From: Eledone cirrhosa
Lineage: Eukaryota
Direction of reading: 5' to 3'
DNA: 64,000 nt
NCBI GenBank assembly: GCA_964016885.1
Contig: OZ024741.1
Span: 392,398,001-392,462,000 of the forward strand
The translations under genes were made by a program, and so were the position numbers. The notes below the pieces were generated by a model. It worked only from the letters and a program-made list of their open reading frames with translations, had not been told where the DNA came from and ran no database searches. The first letter of the stretch is position 1, and every line of letters starts with the position of its first letter. Below, piece after piece: positions 1 to 13,286 of this stretch.

Positions 1-234
1 GGTGCCACAGCAAAAAAGCACCCAGCCCACACTGTAAAGTGGACGTGTAGGCGCCACGAAAAAGCACCCAGCACTCACTGTAAATGAGGTTGGTGTTAGG
101 GAGGGCATCCAGCTGTAGAAATCAAGCCAAAATCAGTTCCTGTATGAGCAAGACATGGTCAGCCGACCAGACACTGCCCACAACAGGACAACCCGTCTAA
201 CCCATGCTAGCATGGAAGAACGGATGTAAAACGG

Positions 235-270
<36 letters not shown>
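1..270 (+). mobile_element. 3' end of an RTE LINE or RTE-tailed SINE with (GAT)n tail
   Basis: Near-identical to the 3' UTR of the RTE copy at 52440-52690 (ggtgccac..aaaagcacccagc..aacccatgctagc..(gat)n). Confidence 0.85.
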
Positions 271-273
<3 letters not shown>

Positions 274-709
274 CATTTTAATTTTTGATATTTAAATTTT
301 ATTATTTGTGAAGTTGCATAGCCTAGCGATTACAATGTTGGGCTCACAATCATAAAATTGTGAGTTTGATTCCCTGTCCAGATGACACATGAAGTGCTTT
401 CACCTATCCATATCATTTCATGCTGCTCTTGCTCACTTATATGAACAAATAAGTACCAGTGGCAGTTGGGGTTGAAATAATAATACTGACATTTCATCCT
501 GTACTCTCAGTCACTGCCTCCTGGCTTGACACAGACCTTGAAACAAAATTAGTATGAACAAACCGTCTAACCCATGCTAGCGTGGAAAATGGACGTTAAA
601 CGAAGATGATGAGATGATGATGAAAGGTATGACCTTTTTTTTGTTTCCTTAAGGGTCTGAATTGATGGAAATTTGGTAACTATTTCTAGCAGATCAAATG
701 ATTATGTGA

Positions 710-720
710 AGAGAGAGAGA

Positions 721-792
<72 letters not shown>
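710..792. repeat. (GA)n microsatellite
   Basis: Direct reading. Confidence 0.97.
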
Positions 793-795
<3 letters not shown>

Positions 796-1292
796 GAAAA
801 GAAAAAATTTCAATTTATAACCTCAACATAAAAGAGTGGCAGCATTTATTTTTAGTTCTAAGTATATTTATCAGCCTTGACGACACTATAATAAATCTTG
901 AAAATTTACTGCTAAATGTCCTAAATGTTAATGGTTAAATCAATGTACATAAAAGTACTGACCTCTTTTTTATCTTTTTTTAAAATAATTTTCATGTTAA
1001 AACTGTTTTTTTTTTAATGCTGGGAAATATGGTAAATTGCAGTCAGATTTAGTCAGTAGGATTTGGAAGTGGATTGGACCTGTGTCTTGTTTGTAAAGTG
1101 TAACGTGTAAAATATAATTTTACAATAGAATCCCTTTATTTATATAATTTACAAGTGATGTAAATGCTTAAATATAGTTAACACACCTTCCGGATGCAAA
1201 TAATTCTGCTAAATATTGCTTTTAGAGAGCATATAAAAACTATCCACCTATTAGGGTAAATATGTTTGTCTTGATTAAATGTCTCCGCCTCC

Positions 1293-1479
1293 TGGCAGTA
1301 TTGGTAGAGGGTCGGACATGCTTTCCAGCGTAGTTACGTCCATTTACGATCTGAGTTCAAACCCCGCCGAGGATAGCTTTGCCTTTCATCCTTACGGGGT
1401 CGATAAAATAAAGTACCAGTAATTATACTGGGTAATTGCTGGCCTTGTGCCAAAAAGTAGAAACAATTATTATTATTAT
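1293..1479 (+). mobile_element. tRNA-derived SINE, family A
   Basis: A-box-like TGGCAGTATTGG, B-box GAGTTCAAACCC, central GCCTTTCATCCTTACGGGGTCGATAAAATAAAGTACCAG (resembles the Meta-type SINE domain), (ATT)n tail; more than 15 copies in the window. Confidence 0.85.
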
Positions 1480-1599
1480 GTCAGAGATGTATCAACTAGA
1501 TTTCTCTAATGCGCCAGTGTGGACCTGGACCAACCACATAGGTTCATCTGGATTGTATATATAGGTTCTTGATTAGGCAAGTAAATAAGGATAGAATAG

Positions 1600-2055
1600 G
1601 GTGCCCACATTTTCAAACAGTCACCTATTCAGATCACAAGTTTGTGATCTTCGCCCACTTATTCCTGAGAGGGTGGTGGGGGCAGAGTCCTCAAACACTG
1701 CTTCCAGCAGGTCCTGTCAGAAGCAACTGTCTCCAACTGATCTGGTTAGATCACCAAGCAAGACCAGCCAAGCTCATGGATGTTATCCAATCATCTTGCT
1801 CAATGTCTACCCCTGGGTATCCTGCCAGTTGGTTTTGCGCATAAAATCTGTCCAGTAATTCTTTTCTGAGATATTCTAACTACATACCCATAGTATCAGA
1901 GCTGTGATCTCTCAATTCAGAGAAGTAGCAGCTCTATCTGGAGTGACTCTCTGATCCCTGAGTTATGCACTTTATCAAGTAACGTAACTCCAAAGACCCT
2001 TTGGAGGAATCCTATTTCGCCAGCTTGTATTCACGATCTTTGGCTCATTTCCCAA
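1600..2055 (-). mobile_element. RTE-clade LINE 3' fragment, degenerate
   Basis: Homologous to 43390-43780 and 63620-63925; minus strand gives an RT C-terminal-like frameshifted peptide. Confidence 0.65.
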
Positions 2056-2175
2056 ATGTATTGAAAATGATAATTAAAAAGGGCTAAAATATGGAAAAAC
2101 TACTTTTATTTAAAAAAATAGATATTTTTTGACACAAAATATATAATACACAATGGCAACATTTATTGTACTAAC

Positions 2176-2348
2176 CTGCTGAAGTTCTCCTTCCAAATCT
2201 GAATTATCACTGCTCACTCGACGATCAGAGAGTTTCTTCTCAGCAAGTTCAACATTCAGAGCGCATTGTTGAATCTTTTTAGCTATTGGTAGAAAATGTT
2301 CTTCAACCATATATGGTGTTGAGTTACCAATGATTGGTTGAACTCGAG
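2176..2348 (-). CDS. RyR: RyR exon 16 (gene continues beyond position 1)
   Basis: cttttag|CTCGAG...CAGCAG|gttagt; 173 nt, phase 1/0; SRVQPIIGNSTPYMVEEHFLPIAKKI...DLEGELQQ. Confidence 0.94.
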
Positions 2349-2536
2349 CTAAAAGAGTTATAAAATTCAATTATTCTAAATAGCTCAGAAATAAAGTAAA
2401 TATTATTTAACCTTGTGTTAAATTTCAAAGCAAATGAAAAACATAACACATTTCTCCTAAATAACAACAAAAAAAACAACAACAACAACCCAGATAATGT
2501 GTTTTGAAAATATTCACATCAATGGAATAATTTGTA

Positions 2537-2722
2537 TAATTGTTTCTACTTTTGGCACAAGGCCAGCAAATTACCCAGTGCATTACTGGTACTTTATTTT
2601 ATCGACCCCGTAAGGATGAAAGGCAAAGTCAACCTCGGCGGGATTTGAACTCAGATCGTAAAAGGGACGTAACTATGCTGGAAAGCATGGCGTCCGACCC
2701 TCTACCGATACTGCCAATCCAC
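2537..2722 (-). mobile_element. SINE family A
   Basis: Reverse complement of 1293-1479. Confidence 0.88.
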
Positions 2723-2949
2723 AATTTGTATAATGATGGTAAATGTATGCAATCAGTGAAAAGATAAATCTTGATAAACATACATTTATTTGAAATACAT
2801 ATATGTTTATCAATTTTACTGGAAGAAACTATTCCATCAAAATGTCACTGGTAGAGAGAGAATGAAATGAGAAAACAAAGTAACAATCCATGTACAGTGC
2901 TGCTAGAATGAAAATCAGAAGTAGAGAGATGAACATGTCTTTTTAGATA

Positions 2950-4146
2950 GATACATACTATAACGTGGCACCCTTATAATATGTCTCTGTATGTCTGACT
3001 GTCTGCATTAGATACATAGCTATAACGTCGCACGCTTATAATATCTGTCTTTCTGGCTGCCTGTCTGCATTGACTTCGCTTCTAACCAACTTTTAATTAA
3101 TCCAGTGCAAAGATACCACACGTCCTCTCAATGATTAATTATATATATATATATAATAATAATAATGAATAATGTACAAATGTCAGGAATATATATAATT
3201 AGTAATAATAATAAATGTGAAGACTAAAATCCAAAGAGGGCTCGATAAGGATAAATATATATCAAATATATAAGAACCCTAGAGCAAATATTGTTCTCAT
3301 TGCTGACGTATTATCTTCGCTTTTTCCGTTCATTGCCAGGGAATGTCTACACGAACCAAATTATCATTTTCCTGTTTTCCTTCAGTTGAAACGTTTTTTG
3401 AAATATTTACTTCTTTGCTTAAGCTTTAATCTGTTATTTCAATATATATATATAATTATATATTTGTGTACAGATATTTTTGCATACACAAAAACGAAAT
3501 ATAAACAAACGTATTTATTTCACGACAGCACAGACGGCTTATCATCATTGTTACTGCCAATATGCCACCCAAAATGTCCCAGCCTGGCCACAAGATCAGA
3601 TTTTCCAGAAGAAAAATTGTTACTAGAGCAACAGAGAGACTAAGCTTCATGATTACCATCAACAAAGCTCAGGGTCAAACCCTAAAAGTGGCTGGCCTTC
3701 ATCTGGGAAGGCCATGCTTCTCCCATGGTCAATTGTATGTAGGATGCTCTAGGGTGAGCTCGCCAAACAATCTCTTCATCTTTGCTCCCGAGGGCCGAAC
3801 AAAAATATTGTATACTATGAGGCTCTAACAATGTAATTTATGTATTTTCTGTTACTTGGAATTTCCATTATGGTTGTACAAATTATTGTAAAGTTTGTTA
3901 AAAAATTTGTTCTCTGTTCAGCCTTTATTGTTGTAATTATCAATTTTCTTTAATGTACTGGCTGCTGAACTGGGAATCCTAAAATGTATTCAAACTCAAC
4001 ATCAGAGCAAGTAACCCCCCCCCCCCCCCCCCCCCGTCGCTGGCGTGAGAGGCCGTGCGGTATCTTTGCACCGGAGTGGAGGGGGATTCCTGAAAAGATA
4101 AAATTGCTGGTATACCTAGCCAGGCGCCAGCCGGACGGCCAGCTAG
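2950..4146 (+). mobile_element. Internally deleted Helitron with PIF1-type helicase C-terminal remnant
   Basis: 3640-3825 encodes TINKAQGQTL...CFSHGQLYVGCSRV (helicase motifs V/VI); GC-rich subterminal inverted repeat followed by CTAG|T at 4143-4147; 5' boundary approximate. Confidence 0.82.
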
Positions 4147-4352
4147 TACTAAATAAAGACGAAAGCCTTCAGTTATGTTCCAATGACAGGTTATGGAACA
4201 CCTCATACTCCACACCAGATATAGAACAAGCTAAACTTCGCATTTGCTGCTTTTAATCTTATATTACTGATTTGTAAGGAATATATCACAACTCCAACAT
4301 TTGGTTGGTTTGAGAGAAAGGAGAATAAAAGATAAAAAAAATCAACACTCAC

Positions 4353-4468
4353 ATGCAATACGATTCATCCAGGAAGCATTTGGATTATTGACATTGTTCA
4401 ATATGAGACGAAGTACTTTCCCTAATACTTTGTTCATTAAAGTTGCTGTTACAGTTGTCACATGGTTA
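4353..4468 (-). CDS. RyR: RyR exon 15
   Basis: ttccag|TAACCA...TTGCAT|gtgagt; 116 nt, phase 2/1; NHVTTVTATLMNKVLGKVLRLILNNVNNPNASWMNRIA. Confidence 0.95.
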
Positions 4469-4629
4469 CTGGAAGAAATATTTCCACCATTTAATTTTAA
4501 ATGAGATATTAAGATGATGATGATGGTTATGATGGTTATAGAACAGTATTTTTTACAGCAAAAGGCCAAAAGAAAAGGCTTAATAGATTCTATATGAACT
4601 GAATATACAAAATACTGCACATTTGTTTA

Positions 4630-4930
4630 CAGGATAAAGTTTTAAACACTGAGGTCCTCCATTGCTCAATATTGTTTAGTATCCATAATTTCTTAAGTGA
4701 AGCCCAGCTACACTGGTCTGGCCAAATTGCCAGAATGGATGATGAATATCCTTGCTATGGCAAGTTTGTAGGTGGTAAATGTTTGGTTGATGGACAACAC
4801 AAAAACGCTCTCAAGGTTTCTTCAAACAACTTTAGCACCAATCCACAGTCAAGAGAACCTTACTACTGAGAGATTTAACTGTGCAGTTTCATGAGGATAA
4901 GTACCATAGCATCTGAGCAGCACAAAAATA
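4630..4930 (+). mobile_element. RTE/BovB-like RT C-terminal fragment
   Basis: AQLHWSGQIARMDDE...YGKFVGGK matches the QLRW.GHV.RM..R.P....YG.L..G.R pattern. Confidence 0.65.
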
Positions 4931-5059
4931 ACCGAGAAGGTCCAGTGCCAATGATATATTGGATAAAAAAAAGGACTTTTTGTCAGCTATTCCTGATTTT
5001 CACTTGTATGACATCAGTGGTAGTTTTTATGATAGCCATTAAAGACAGGCATTCACATT

Positions 5060-6305
5060 TTGAGTTCAAATCCCACTTAGGTTAAGCTTTGTCTGTCATC
5101 CTTATGCGATTGATAAAATATAGTACCAGTAACACACTGGGGTCAATTTAATCGACTTATCCCTCCCCCAAAATTGTTGGCCTTTTGCCTAAATTAGAAA
5201 CCATTATTTTGAAAATCGGTGGATTATTGGACATATGCATGAGTAATATTATGGTCATCATCCATGCTGATGGATGAACTAGTATATAACTAGTTGCAAC
5301 AAGTTATAGTCATTGTAGTTATTATTTAAAAAAATAATTGTTTCTACTATTGGCACAAGACCAGCAATTACTCCAGTACATTACTGGTACTTTATTTTAT
5401 CGACCCCGTAAGGATGAAAGGCAAAGTGAACCTCGGCAGGATTTGAACTCAGATCATAAAGGGGCCTAACTCTATGCTGCAAAGCTTTTTATTATTTAAA
5501 AAAAAATAATTGTTTCTACTTTTGGCACAAGGCCAGAAATTACCCAGTGCATTACTGGTACTTTATTTTATCGACCCCGTAAGGATGAAAGGCAAAGTTA
5601 ACCTCGGCGGGATTTGAACTCAGAATGGCAAGGGCTGTAACTCTATGCGTCAAAGCATGGCGTCCGGCCCTCTACTGATACTGCCAAAAAAAAAAAAAAT
5701 ACAAATAGATATAAGGGTGGTGGATTGGCTGTATCAGTAGAGCATTGGACAATATGCATTAGGGCATATAGTTACTGCCTTCCATATTCTGTGTTCAAAT
5801 TCCACCATGGTTAGCTTTGTCTTTCATCCTTATGGGATAGATAAAATAAAGTTCCAGTAACTCACTGGAGCCAATTTAATTGGTTTTCCCCTTCTCTTCA
5901 AATTGCTGGCTTTGTGCCAAAAGCAGAAACATTTATTTTAAAATAATAATATCATTGAATATCTAAGACTTTTGTCATGCCTCTACAGCCTGGTCACTAA
6001 TATTCTATTTCACTGACACAGAGGCAAGTGGCCACAAGTCATAGATGTGAGATAAAGACTTTGATAACTAACAGTATATGATATCAAATAATAGCCATTA
6101 AAACTGTTATACATCTTTATTCATTTTTATTTTATTTTGTAATATACATAATTTTTTCAAAATAATGATTTCCAATTTAGGCACAAGTCTTTGGGGAGGG
6201 AAAATCGATTATATCGACCTCAGTACTTGACTGGTACTTTATTTTAAAGCCTTCAGAAAAATGAAATCAAAGTTGACCTCAGTGGGAGTTGAATTCAGAA
6301 TGCGC
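5060..6305. mobile_element. Cluster of family A SINE copies in both orientations
   Basis: Copies at about 5060-5205(+), 5333-5486(-), 5505-5686(-), 5716-5935(+), 6165-6305(-). Confidence 0.82.
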
Positions 6306-7023
6306 AGAGCATTTATTGAATGTTTTAATAACACTGCCAACCCAGTGTTATTCGAAGTAGTGATAATAAAATATAAATGAATATAACAGTCTATTCATGC
6401 TTTTAATGGTTACAATAAAAGCTACCACTGATGTCAAACAAATGCAAATTAGGAATTATAGAAGTAATTTTTATGAAAATATTTTATATGATAATAAAGC
6501 ATGTATAAAACAAAATTTCAAGTGTATGATAATATATCTATTTCACTTGATTTTCTTATAAGAATTTCCCTCTTCAACAGAATTTGAGTAATATTCCAAT
6601 TTAAGGAAATTAATTATCCATGTTAATGTTCAAACTCTCAGAATTGCGACTATAAATATAAATATATGTATATTCATCTATATATAAGGCATAGAGAACT
6701 TCAATGTAGTTAGTTCATCTGCTCAATGTAGCACATAGCTTACTCAGAAGATCCTCTAATATTCATAAAATATTTTAGGTCTCATGACATCATACAAGCA
6801 ATAAAATCTGTAATATCAGATATTGTGTGTGTGTTGAAATTGCTCTCCAATTTTTGTAAACTGCCACTGTGCCACACATCTATTATTCATGCTGAGCTTG
6901 AGTAGAGCTGCTTCAACAACAACAAAGTGAACACAAACCAATAATACATTTAAGGAACAGTAAGTTTAAAATGAAATAAAGGATTCAATATTATTTCTAA
7001 ATAAAAACAGAGAAATAACTTAC

Positions 7024-7077
7024 CCATCTGTAGAAGAAGCATTGTCAGGTCCCTGAGACCACCAGAATGGCAAATAA
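7024..7077 (-). CDS. RyR: RyR exon 14
   Basis: tttatag|TTATTT...AGATGG|gtaagt; 54 nt, phase 2/2; SYLPFWWSQGPDNASSTDG (conserved SYLP.WW..GP.N). Confidence 0.95.
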
Positions 7078-9165
7078 CTATAAAATGGTAAAAGGGAATA
7101 TCAGAGAGAGACTATGTGCTTTTAGAATATAAAAAAATAGTAATTTGTTTAAACAAAATTATCTAGAATCTAATATTTTCACACATTTACTTTATGTAAA
7201 ACTTATAAAAAGTCCATCAATGCATTGAAATGAAAAATGAAAAATGAATTAAAATGACAATAACCTGACAAACAATATATTACATTAAACAAATATGAAC
7301 ATACTAAAATTAACAAAAGGAATACAATTTATATTTTAAAGTTGAGTATAGACATAGAAAAGATATGAGAATACTGAAGGAATAAGTGCTGGTAAATGTA
7401 ATGTTTCATTACAAATTGATGAATATATCCTTAAATAGTCCACAAAAAACTATGTCTGTAAAATCACATTTACAATTCTTGCACAACTCTGTTTCTGTCT
7501 TTTGTCACTTATTTTATTGGGTCTTTTTTTTTGTTTTTTACAATACCCACTACTTCTGGCTGAGCATTCATCATTGATTTCTTATTAAATAAACATCAGT
7601 GTGGTCAAAAACCCAACCAATTTGCTGTGGTTTCCAACACATACACACACAGGTGGAAAATTAGCTGAGTCGTGGTATTTATTCTGGGCCCTTATGTTCT
7701 GAGTTCGAAGTTTCTCTTATGTCAACACTCTGGTGTCTAAAGCAGAATCATTAGACCATCCGATAGGATGCCTTGCAGTTTTTTCCAGCTCTTTACAATT
7801 TGATTTTAAATAGCCTACTTGTGTGGCAGACTTAATTGGTCACCCAGTTAAACAATAACGTGTGGCCCTCAAGTGCTTTTGTGTAATCCAATCTGTTGAA
7901 AGAAATTCATACAAGATCTACCTTGCTCCCACCAGTCTTGGAGACCCTGAAAAATGGCATAGACCCTGTCTTTCTTCCTGACTAAGTAAAAAAATATATA
8001 TCATCATCATTATCAGTATATGTCCATTGTCTATGCTGGTATCCAAGTCAGTTACTGGCCTCCTAGATGGGTCAGGGGATCACATCACACACATACATTC
8101 CAATTGTAGCTGCATTACCTTCTTTAATGCCAATTACTTCACAGAGTGTATTGAGTGCATTTTATAATGGCGCCAGCTCTAGAGGGGTCTGTAATTCACA
8201 CTGTCTGTGTTTGATCATCAACCAATTTACAGATTGTATAAGGTATCATTTATCATGGTATCAGCATTTGAGAGGTTGTCTGGTCCACTACAAGGCTAAA
8301 GAAACTTAACCATTCTGTTTTTTTTCAGGAAAACATGATTGAGAGGAGGATTTGAAGAGGAGTGCTGACCAAAAGTTGAAAAAGGAGAAAGTATGATTTG
8401 AGTTTGAAGGAGGAAACAGAAGGTGGGTAGAGAAGGGAAAATGTGGTGTGTAGGAGGCTGAGTTGTGGAGTAGCATGAGTAATGTGTCATGATAAGAGAA
8501 AGTGAATAATGGGCACCATATATTCTTAACTGTCTTCAATTGACCTCAATAATTTATTCATAGTGATTTTATCAACCTTGGAAGGCAAAGTTGATCAGGG
8601 GGAGATTTCAACTTAGCAAAAGTATGTTGGACCAATTCCATGCTTACCCTGTCTACATAAACCTATTTCCAATACATAAATTAAACAATTTACTGATGAT
8701 TAAATTTAGAGCGAACACATTTTCCTAGCTATCTTTAATTAGTTATCTTTAGTATGTATATTGAAAATCTCATTGCATAAAGGTGAGGCAATAACATTTT
8801 CTTGTAATAAGCTTTTCCCTATCTTTTTTTCATATTTAATTAAAAAATTGAAAGTCTAAAAATGATAGAAATCCCTCTAAAATCACACCTCACCATCTCA
8901 GTAGATAATGAATAGGAAAAAGACAGGATGGTCATGACTGGAATACTTTTGATCATAGGTCTGCTCAATTAGGTCTGATCTGGGGGTATAACAACTTCAG
9001 TAACAGAAATAGAAATTATTCAATATATGTTTTAATATAATTGTCATAGCCCCACAAAATATGTTTTGAAAGAGATTCTTTCTATTGTCATGGCTATGAG
9101 ATCCTTTAATTTGGTGTTAGAAAACTATCATCTAAAAACATCAGCTTGTGTGTGAAGAATCTTAC

Positions 9166-9301
9166 CTGCATAACATAGGTAAAGTGACATCCATTATATG
9201 TGGAGAATCTTGACAATCTCCTCCAGATTCGGCAAGTTTATCAATATCTGTGATGATATTCTCCAAGCTGGGCACACATTCTGATAAATTATCCATAACA
9301 T
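9166..9301 (-). CDS. RyR: RyR exon 13
   Basis: ttcacag|ATGTTA...ATGCAG|gtaaga; 136 nt, phase 1/2; DVMDNLSECVPSLENIITDIDKLAESGG...PHIMDVTLPMLC. Confidence 0.95.
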
Positions 9302-10530
9302 CTGTGAATAATAACAATAACAATACAGTTGTATTATAGTTCAGCATTTGGTATAGTTAAAATAGTATCTCACATGTGGACTCTATTTCTGGCATTATTT
9401 ACTGAAATATATAAAAGAAAGTAAATAAAATACTTCAGTCCTCAGACAATTGAAATTGTCTTTATATGTACACTGAAAATTAAACCTGTATTTACATTAG
9501 ATTTTACAAGATAGTCTTGCCATATATTATTTTTAATTAAACATTTCCAGCTGAGGAAATATTAAAAGTGATATTTTAATGATATGAAACTTCTTAACTA
9601 ATTTCTTCATACACTCATTTTCTTATCAATGTATTTAATAAATGTTATATGATTTATAAAATTGTGTAATAACTGTTATATGTTCTATAAGACTGTTTAA
9701 AATTATTTACCTTTTTAAAGATATACATTTTATAAATGGATGAGCAGAAGAAATTAATGTTATATATATATTATTTCTAATATTTTATAAACAAATATTT
9801 CAATAAATTGACAAAATATTATCATTATAGAAAAACACTATTTAAATTATATGTTTCTACTATTTTACAAAATTATTTGATTATAAAGATAACAACTCTG
9901 TTTTTAAATATATATATCAATAAGGCATAAGATATTCCTTAATAGTTAAAATGTTTCTAATAAATTTGAAAGAAAATACACATATGAACCTAATAAATAA
10001 CAAAATAATAACAAACAATTAAATAGTCATGTTAGTTAATGTTCTAAACGTACAACAAAAAATGTTATGAAAAAATTATATTAAATTAGTTAACAGAAAA
10101 ACAATAAGAACGTTGTTTAATTAAAACTTAATATTTATACTAAATACCTGATCCTGATGAATATTAATTTCACTTTTTTTTAGAAAATGTTTAGAATGGC
10201 AGTGCCCTAGCATGGCCTCAGCCTGTTGGCTGGAACACATGATAGAGTAATTGAGTAATAACATTTATATTTTCATTTGTGAATTTTACTTTAAAATATT
10301 TTGAATCTTTAAACCAAACTGTAATGAATTATGTTATTTTAACTACTGAAATAGAAATACATTAAATTTTTTGATGTGGATAAACATCTATAATCTATTA
10401 AATTTAAAAAGAAAAAAAACCGAATTATAGCGATATGAGATTACAATTTGGCGAGATGTTGAAATTGTATCTATTTGAGAAACTTTGATATGTGTGGGTT
10501 GGGATCTTAATTTATTATTGTTGTTATTAC

Positions 10531-10735
10531 TGGCGGTATCGGTAGAGGGTCAGTCGCCATGCTTTCCAGCATAGTTATGTCCCTTTATGGTCTGAATTCA
10601 AATCCTGTCGAGGTTAAACTTTGCCTTTCATCCTTATGGGGTTGATAAAATAAAGTACCAGTAATGCACTGGATAATTGCTGGCCTTGTGCCAAAAGTAG
10701 AAACAATTATTATTATTATTATTATTACTATTATT
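10531..10735 (+). mobile_element. SINE family A
   Basis: tggcggtatcggtagaggg...gaattcaaatcc...aacaatt(att)n. Confidence 0.85.
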
Positions 10736-10739
10736 GTTG

Positions 10740-11005
10740 TTGTTGTTATTGTTATTGTTGTTATTATTATTATTATTATTAGTCTTATTATTATTTTGGC
10801 TATTACCACTGCATTTCTGAGCATAGCTCTGCGACTTGGTTATGTGCAGTGTTGTTTTTGGTGGTGTTGTTTCTATTGTTTTGAGAGCACTCTCAATGCT
10901 TTTTTCTGTATGTAAATTGTGGGGTTTTGGTTGTGTATCCATCTTTATACTTTTGCCAAAAAACCTATTATTATAGGGATTGTTTCAGTTTTCATCATCC
11001 ATATC
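10740..11005 (-). mobile_element. R4/Dong-like non-LTR 3' fragment
   Basis: Minus strand gives KTETIPIIIG (endonuclease C-terminus); 3' UTR similar to 17690-17760 and 18455-18520; (TAA)n tail. Confidence 0.55.
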
Positions 11006-11009
11006 TGGA

Positions 11010-11985
11010 TATGTATGACATAGGGAAATAAGAAAGAAAGAGGTACAACAGAAGGAAGGACAAAATATAAGAATGATCAACAGGGAAATTAAAGTGATAT
11101 GAAGAAAGCAAAGAAGCAATGGGTAACTAAGAAACATGAAAACATTAAAGTCAGCCTTTCTAAAGGAAGGAATTTCAGCTGGTAAAATATCAAAGAAAAT
11201 CAACATCATCACTAACAAAAATGAGAGAAAACTCACTGAAGAAAAAGAAGTAATTGTAAGATGGACAAAGTACTGTTCAGAACTGTACAATTGCCAAAAA
11301 CAAAAGGAAAGCCAATGTGCTGTACATACTGGATTCCTCCAATGAGGATGACTACCCTATACCATCGGAAGAATTTAAAGTCGCAGTAAGGTTGCTGAAA
11401 GACAGAAAGTCAGTAAGAGTTGACAACATCCTTACTGAACAACTGAAGCACAGAGGAGAGGCCACTATAGACATAATTATGATCATCTACAATAAGATCT
11501 GGAAGACTATTGAATGGCCAACACTCTGAACTTTGTCACTTATAATAGTACTTCCCAAGAAAAGCAACTGCCAACTATGTTAGAACTATTGTATTATCAG
11601 GCAAGCAAAGTAATGCTTAGAGTCACTCCTCACACAGAAACTGCCATAGCTGTCAGCTTCTGCACTCTCTCTGAGAAATATATTCAACACCAGAAAAGAA
11701 TTGTACCATGTCTTCAGAAACATCATGAAGGCATTTCATAGAGTCTGGTATGATGTTCTATGGGCAAGCATGAGCAAATTTAACACATGGGAAGAGTTGA
11801 CTCATATTATACAACTTTATGCCATGGCAACCAGCACAGTATTTGCACTGCCTCCTTTCACCTAAACTGTTCAACAACTTCCTGGTATGGTGATGTGATG
11901 CGCATGGATGATGACTGGTGAGTGAAGAAGTGCCAGGTAATCCCAGTGGAAGGAAGACGCAGTAGAGGAAGACCATGGAAAACTT
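11010..11985 (+). mobile_element. Degenerate RTE LINE fragment
   Basis: LTEEKEVIVRWTKYCSELYN; AVRLLKDRKSVRVDNILTEQLK...IWKTIEWP; many frameshifts and deletions. Confidence 0.8.
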
Positions 11986-12150
11986 TGGGAGAGTCATGTT
12001 GCCAATAAAAACACACACACCTGTTAGTTTTCCCTTCAATTTATTATAAATTTCTGGTTGGTTAGTTGGTTGGTTTGATAACCGGACGGTTGTTTATATA
12101 TTGTCAAAGCTCTTTCGTCACAATTCTGTGACCTCCTCAATGACTAGGTT
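11985..12150 (-). mobile_element. Penelope-like terminal repeat fragment with degenerate hammerhead motif
   Basis: Shares sequence with 31992-32135 and 32736-32895; minus strand reads GTCA-TTGAGGA-G-GTCAC-agaatt-GTGAC-GAAA-GAGCTT-TGAC. Confidence 0.55.
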
Positions 12151-12320
12151 TTTATTTTGTGTATCTCTCCTTTGTTCTGCCCTACACCATCTTGTTGGCA
12201 TATGCGTTAAGTGACTGAGAGTACAATACTCCCCCCCCCCGCCCACCAAACAGGGTTAAACTCCCATCTATTGTTGGTACTCATTTTCAGTTGAGTATAC
12301 TGGAGCAATATATATATATA

Positions 12321-12860
12321 CTAGCTGAGCTACCCGGTAATTCCTGGCTATTTTATTAAAGTTTCAATATTTGACCATTGAAATATGATTGCTGAATTTT
12401 AACTAAAGTAGGAATTATAGTAGAATCTTTATTGCCGTTTGTTTAAAGCAAATCATGTAGATAAAAATACTATTAGTTTTGTCTAGTGGTGATTTTTTTA
12501 AATACTGCAGCCTATTACAGTCAGAATATATAATGCTTTGCACTTGGAAGAATCATTAAGTATGTTGTCAGTGAAAAGGGCATGACCCAAAAAATAAATT
12601 TAGATTTTATTTACCCCTTTTTTTTTTTTTTGCACGATCAGAACCTCTGAAATTCAAACAATGCAAGGCAGGCAACTCTGCTATTCTAATTTCTTCCCCT
12701 TTTCGAACATACTTTATTGCCATGGTTTTTCCATAAATCGAATCGTTGCTCATCTCTCGGGGGCATTTTACCCAATTTTCTAATCTGTTATTCATAGTAA
12801 TCGACTGTAATTACAGTTATTTTTTGCATTTGGGATTTTTACATTTTCTAAGAATATATA
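12321..12860 (-). mobile_element. Non-autonomous Helitron-like element (3' terminus at 12321)
   Basis: Minus strand ends gccaggaattaccgggtagctcagCTAG|T (imperfect hairpin then CTAG); extent of the body uncertain. Confidence 0.45.
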
Positions 12861-13156
12861 TAAATATATAATACATATATACATATATATATAACACAAT
12901 CGTACACACTTACATACATAGAAACTACAGCCCCCCCTCCACACATACACTTAAACGCACACAAAAAAACTAAAACCTCAAAGGCGCACACATACTAGTG
13001 TACAGACATCAACATTACAAGACTCTAGGATACCCACGTGGCCACAGGCACTCATAGTCTGAAGCAATACACATCTACCAATTTCTTCCCTTTAGCAGAC
13101 ACACAACCAAACCCATGACATCCCCATACCCTCCACTCTTTTGTTTTGTTTCATTT

Positions 13157-13158
<2 letters not shown>

Positions 13159-13235
<77 letters not shown>

Positions 13236-13255
13236 GTGTGTGCACGTGTGTGTAT

Positions 13256-13286
<31 letters not shown>
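13159..13286. repeat. (TG)n microsatellite
   Basis: Direct reading. Confidence 0.97.

Noticed and set aside
1187-1247. Possible next RyR exon
   Set aside because: In-frame TAG and no RyR similarity; the next exon is probably outside the window
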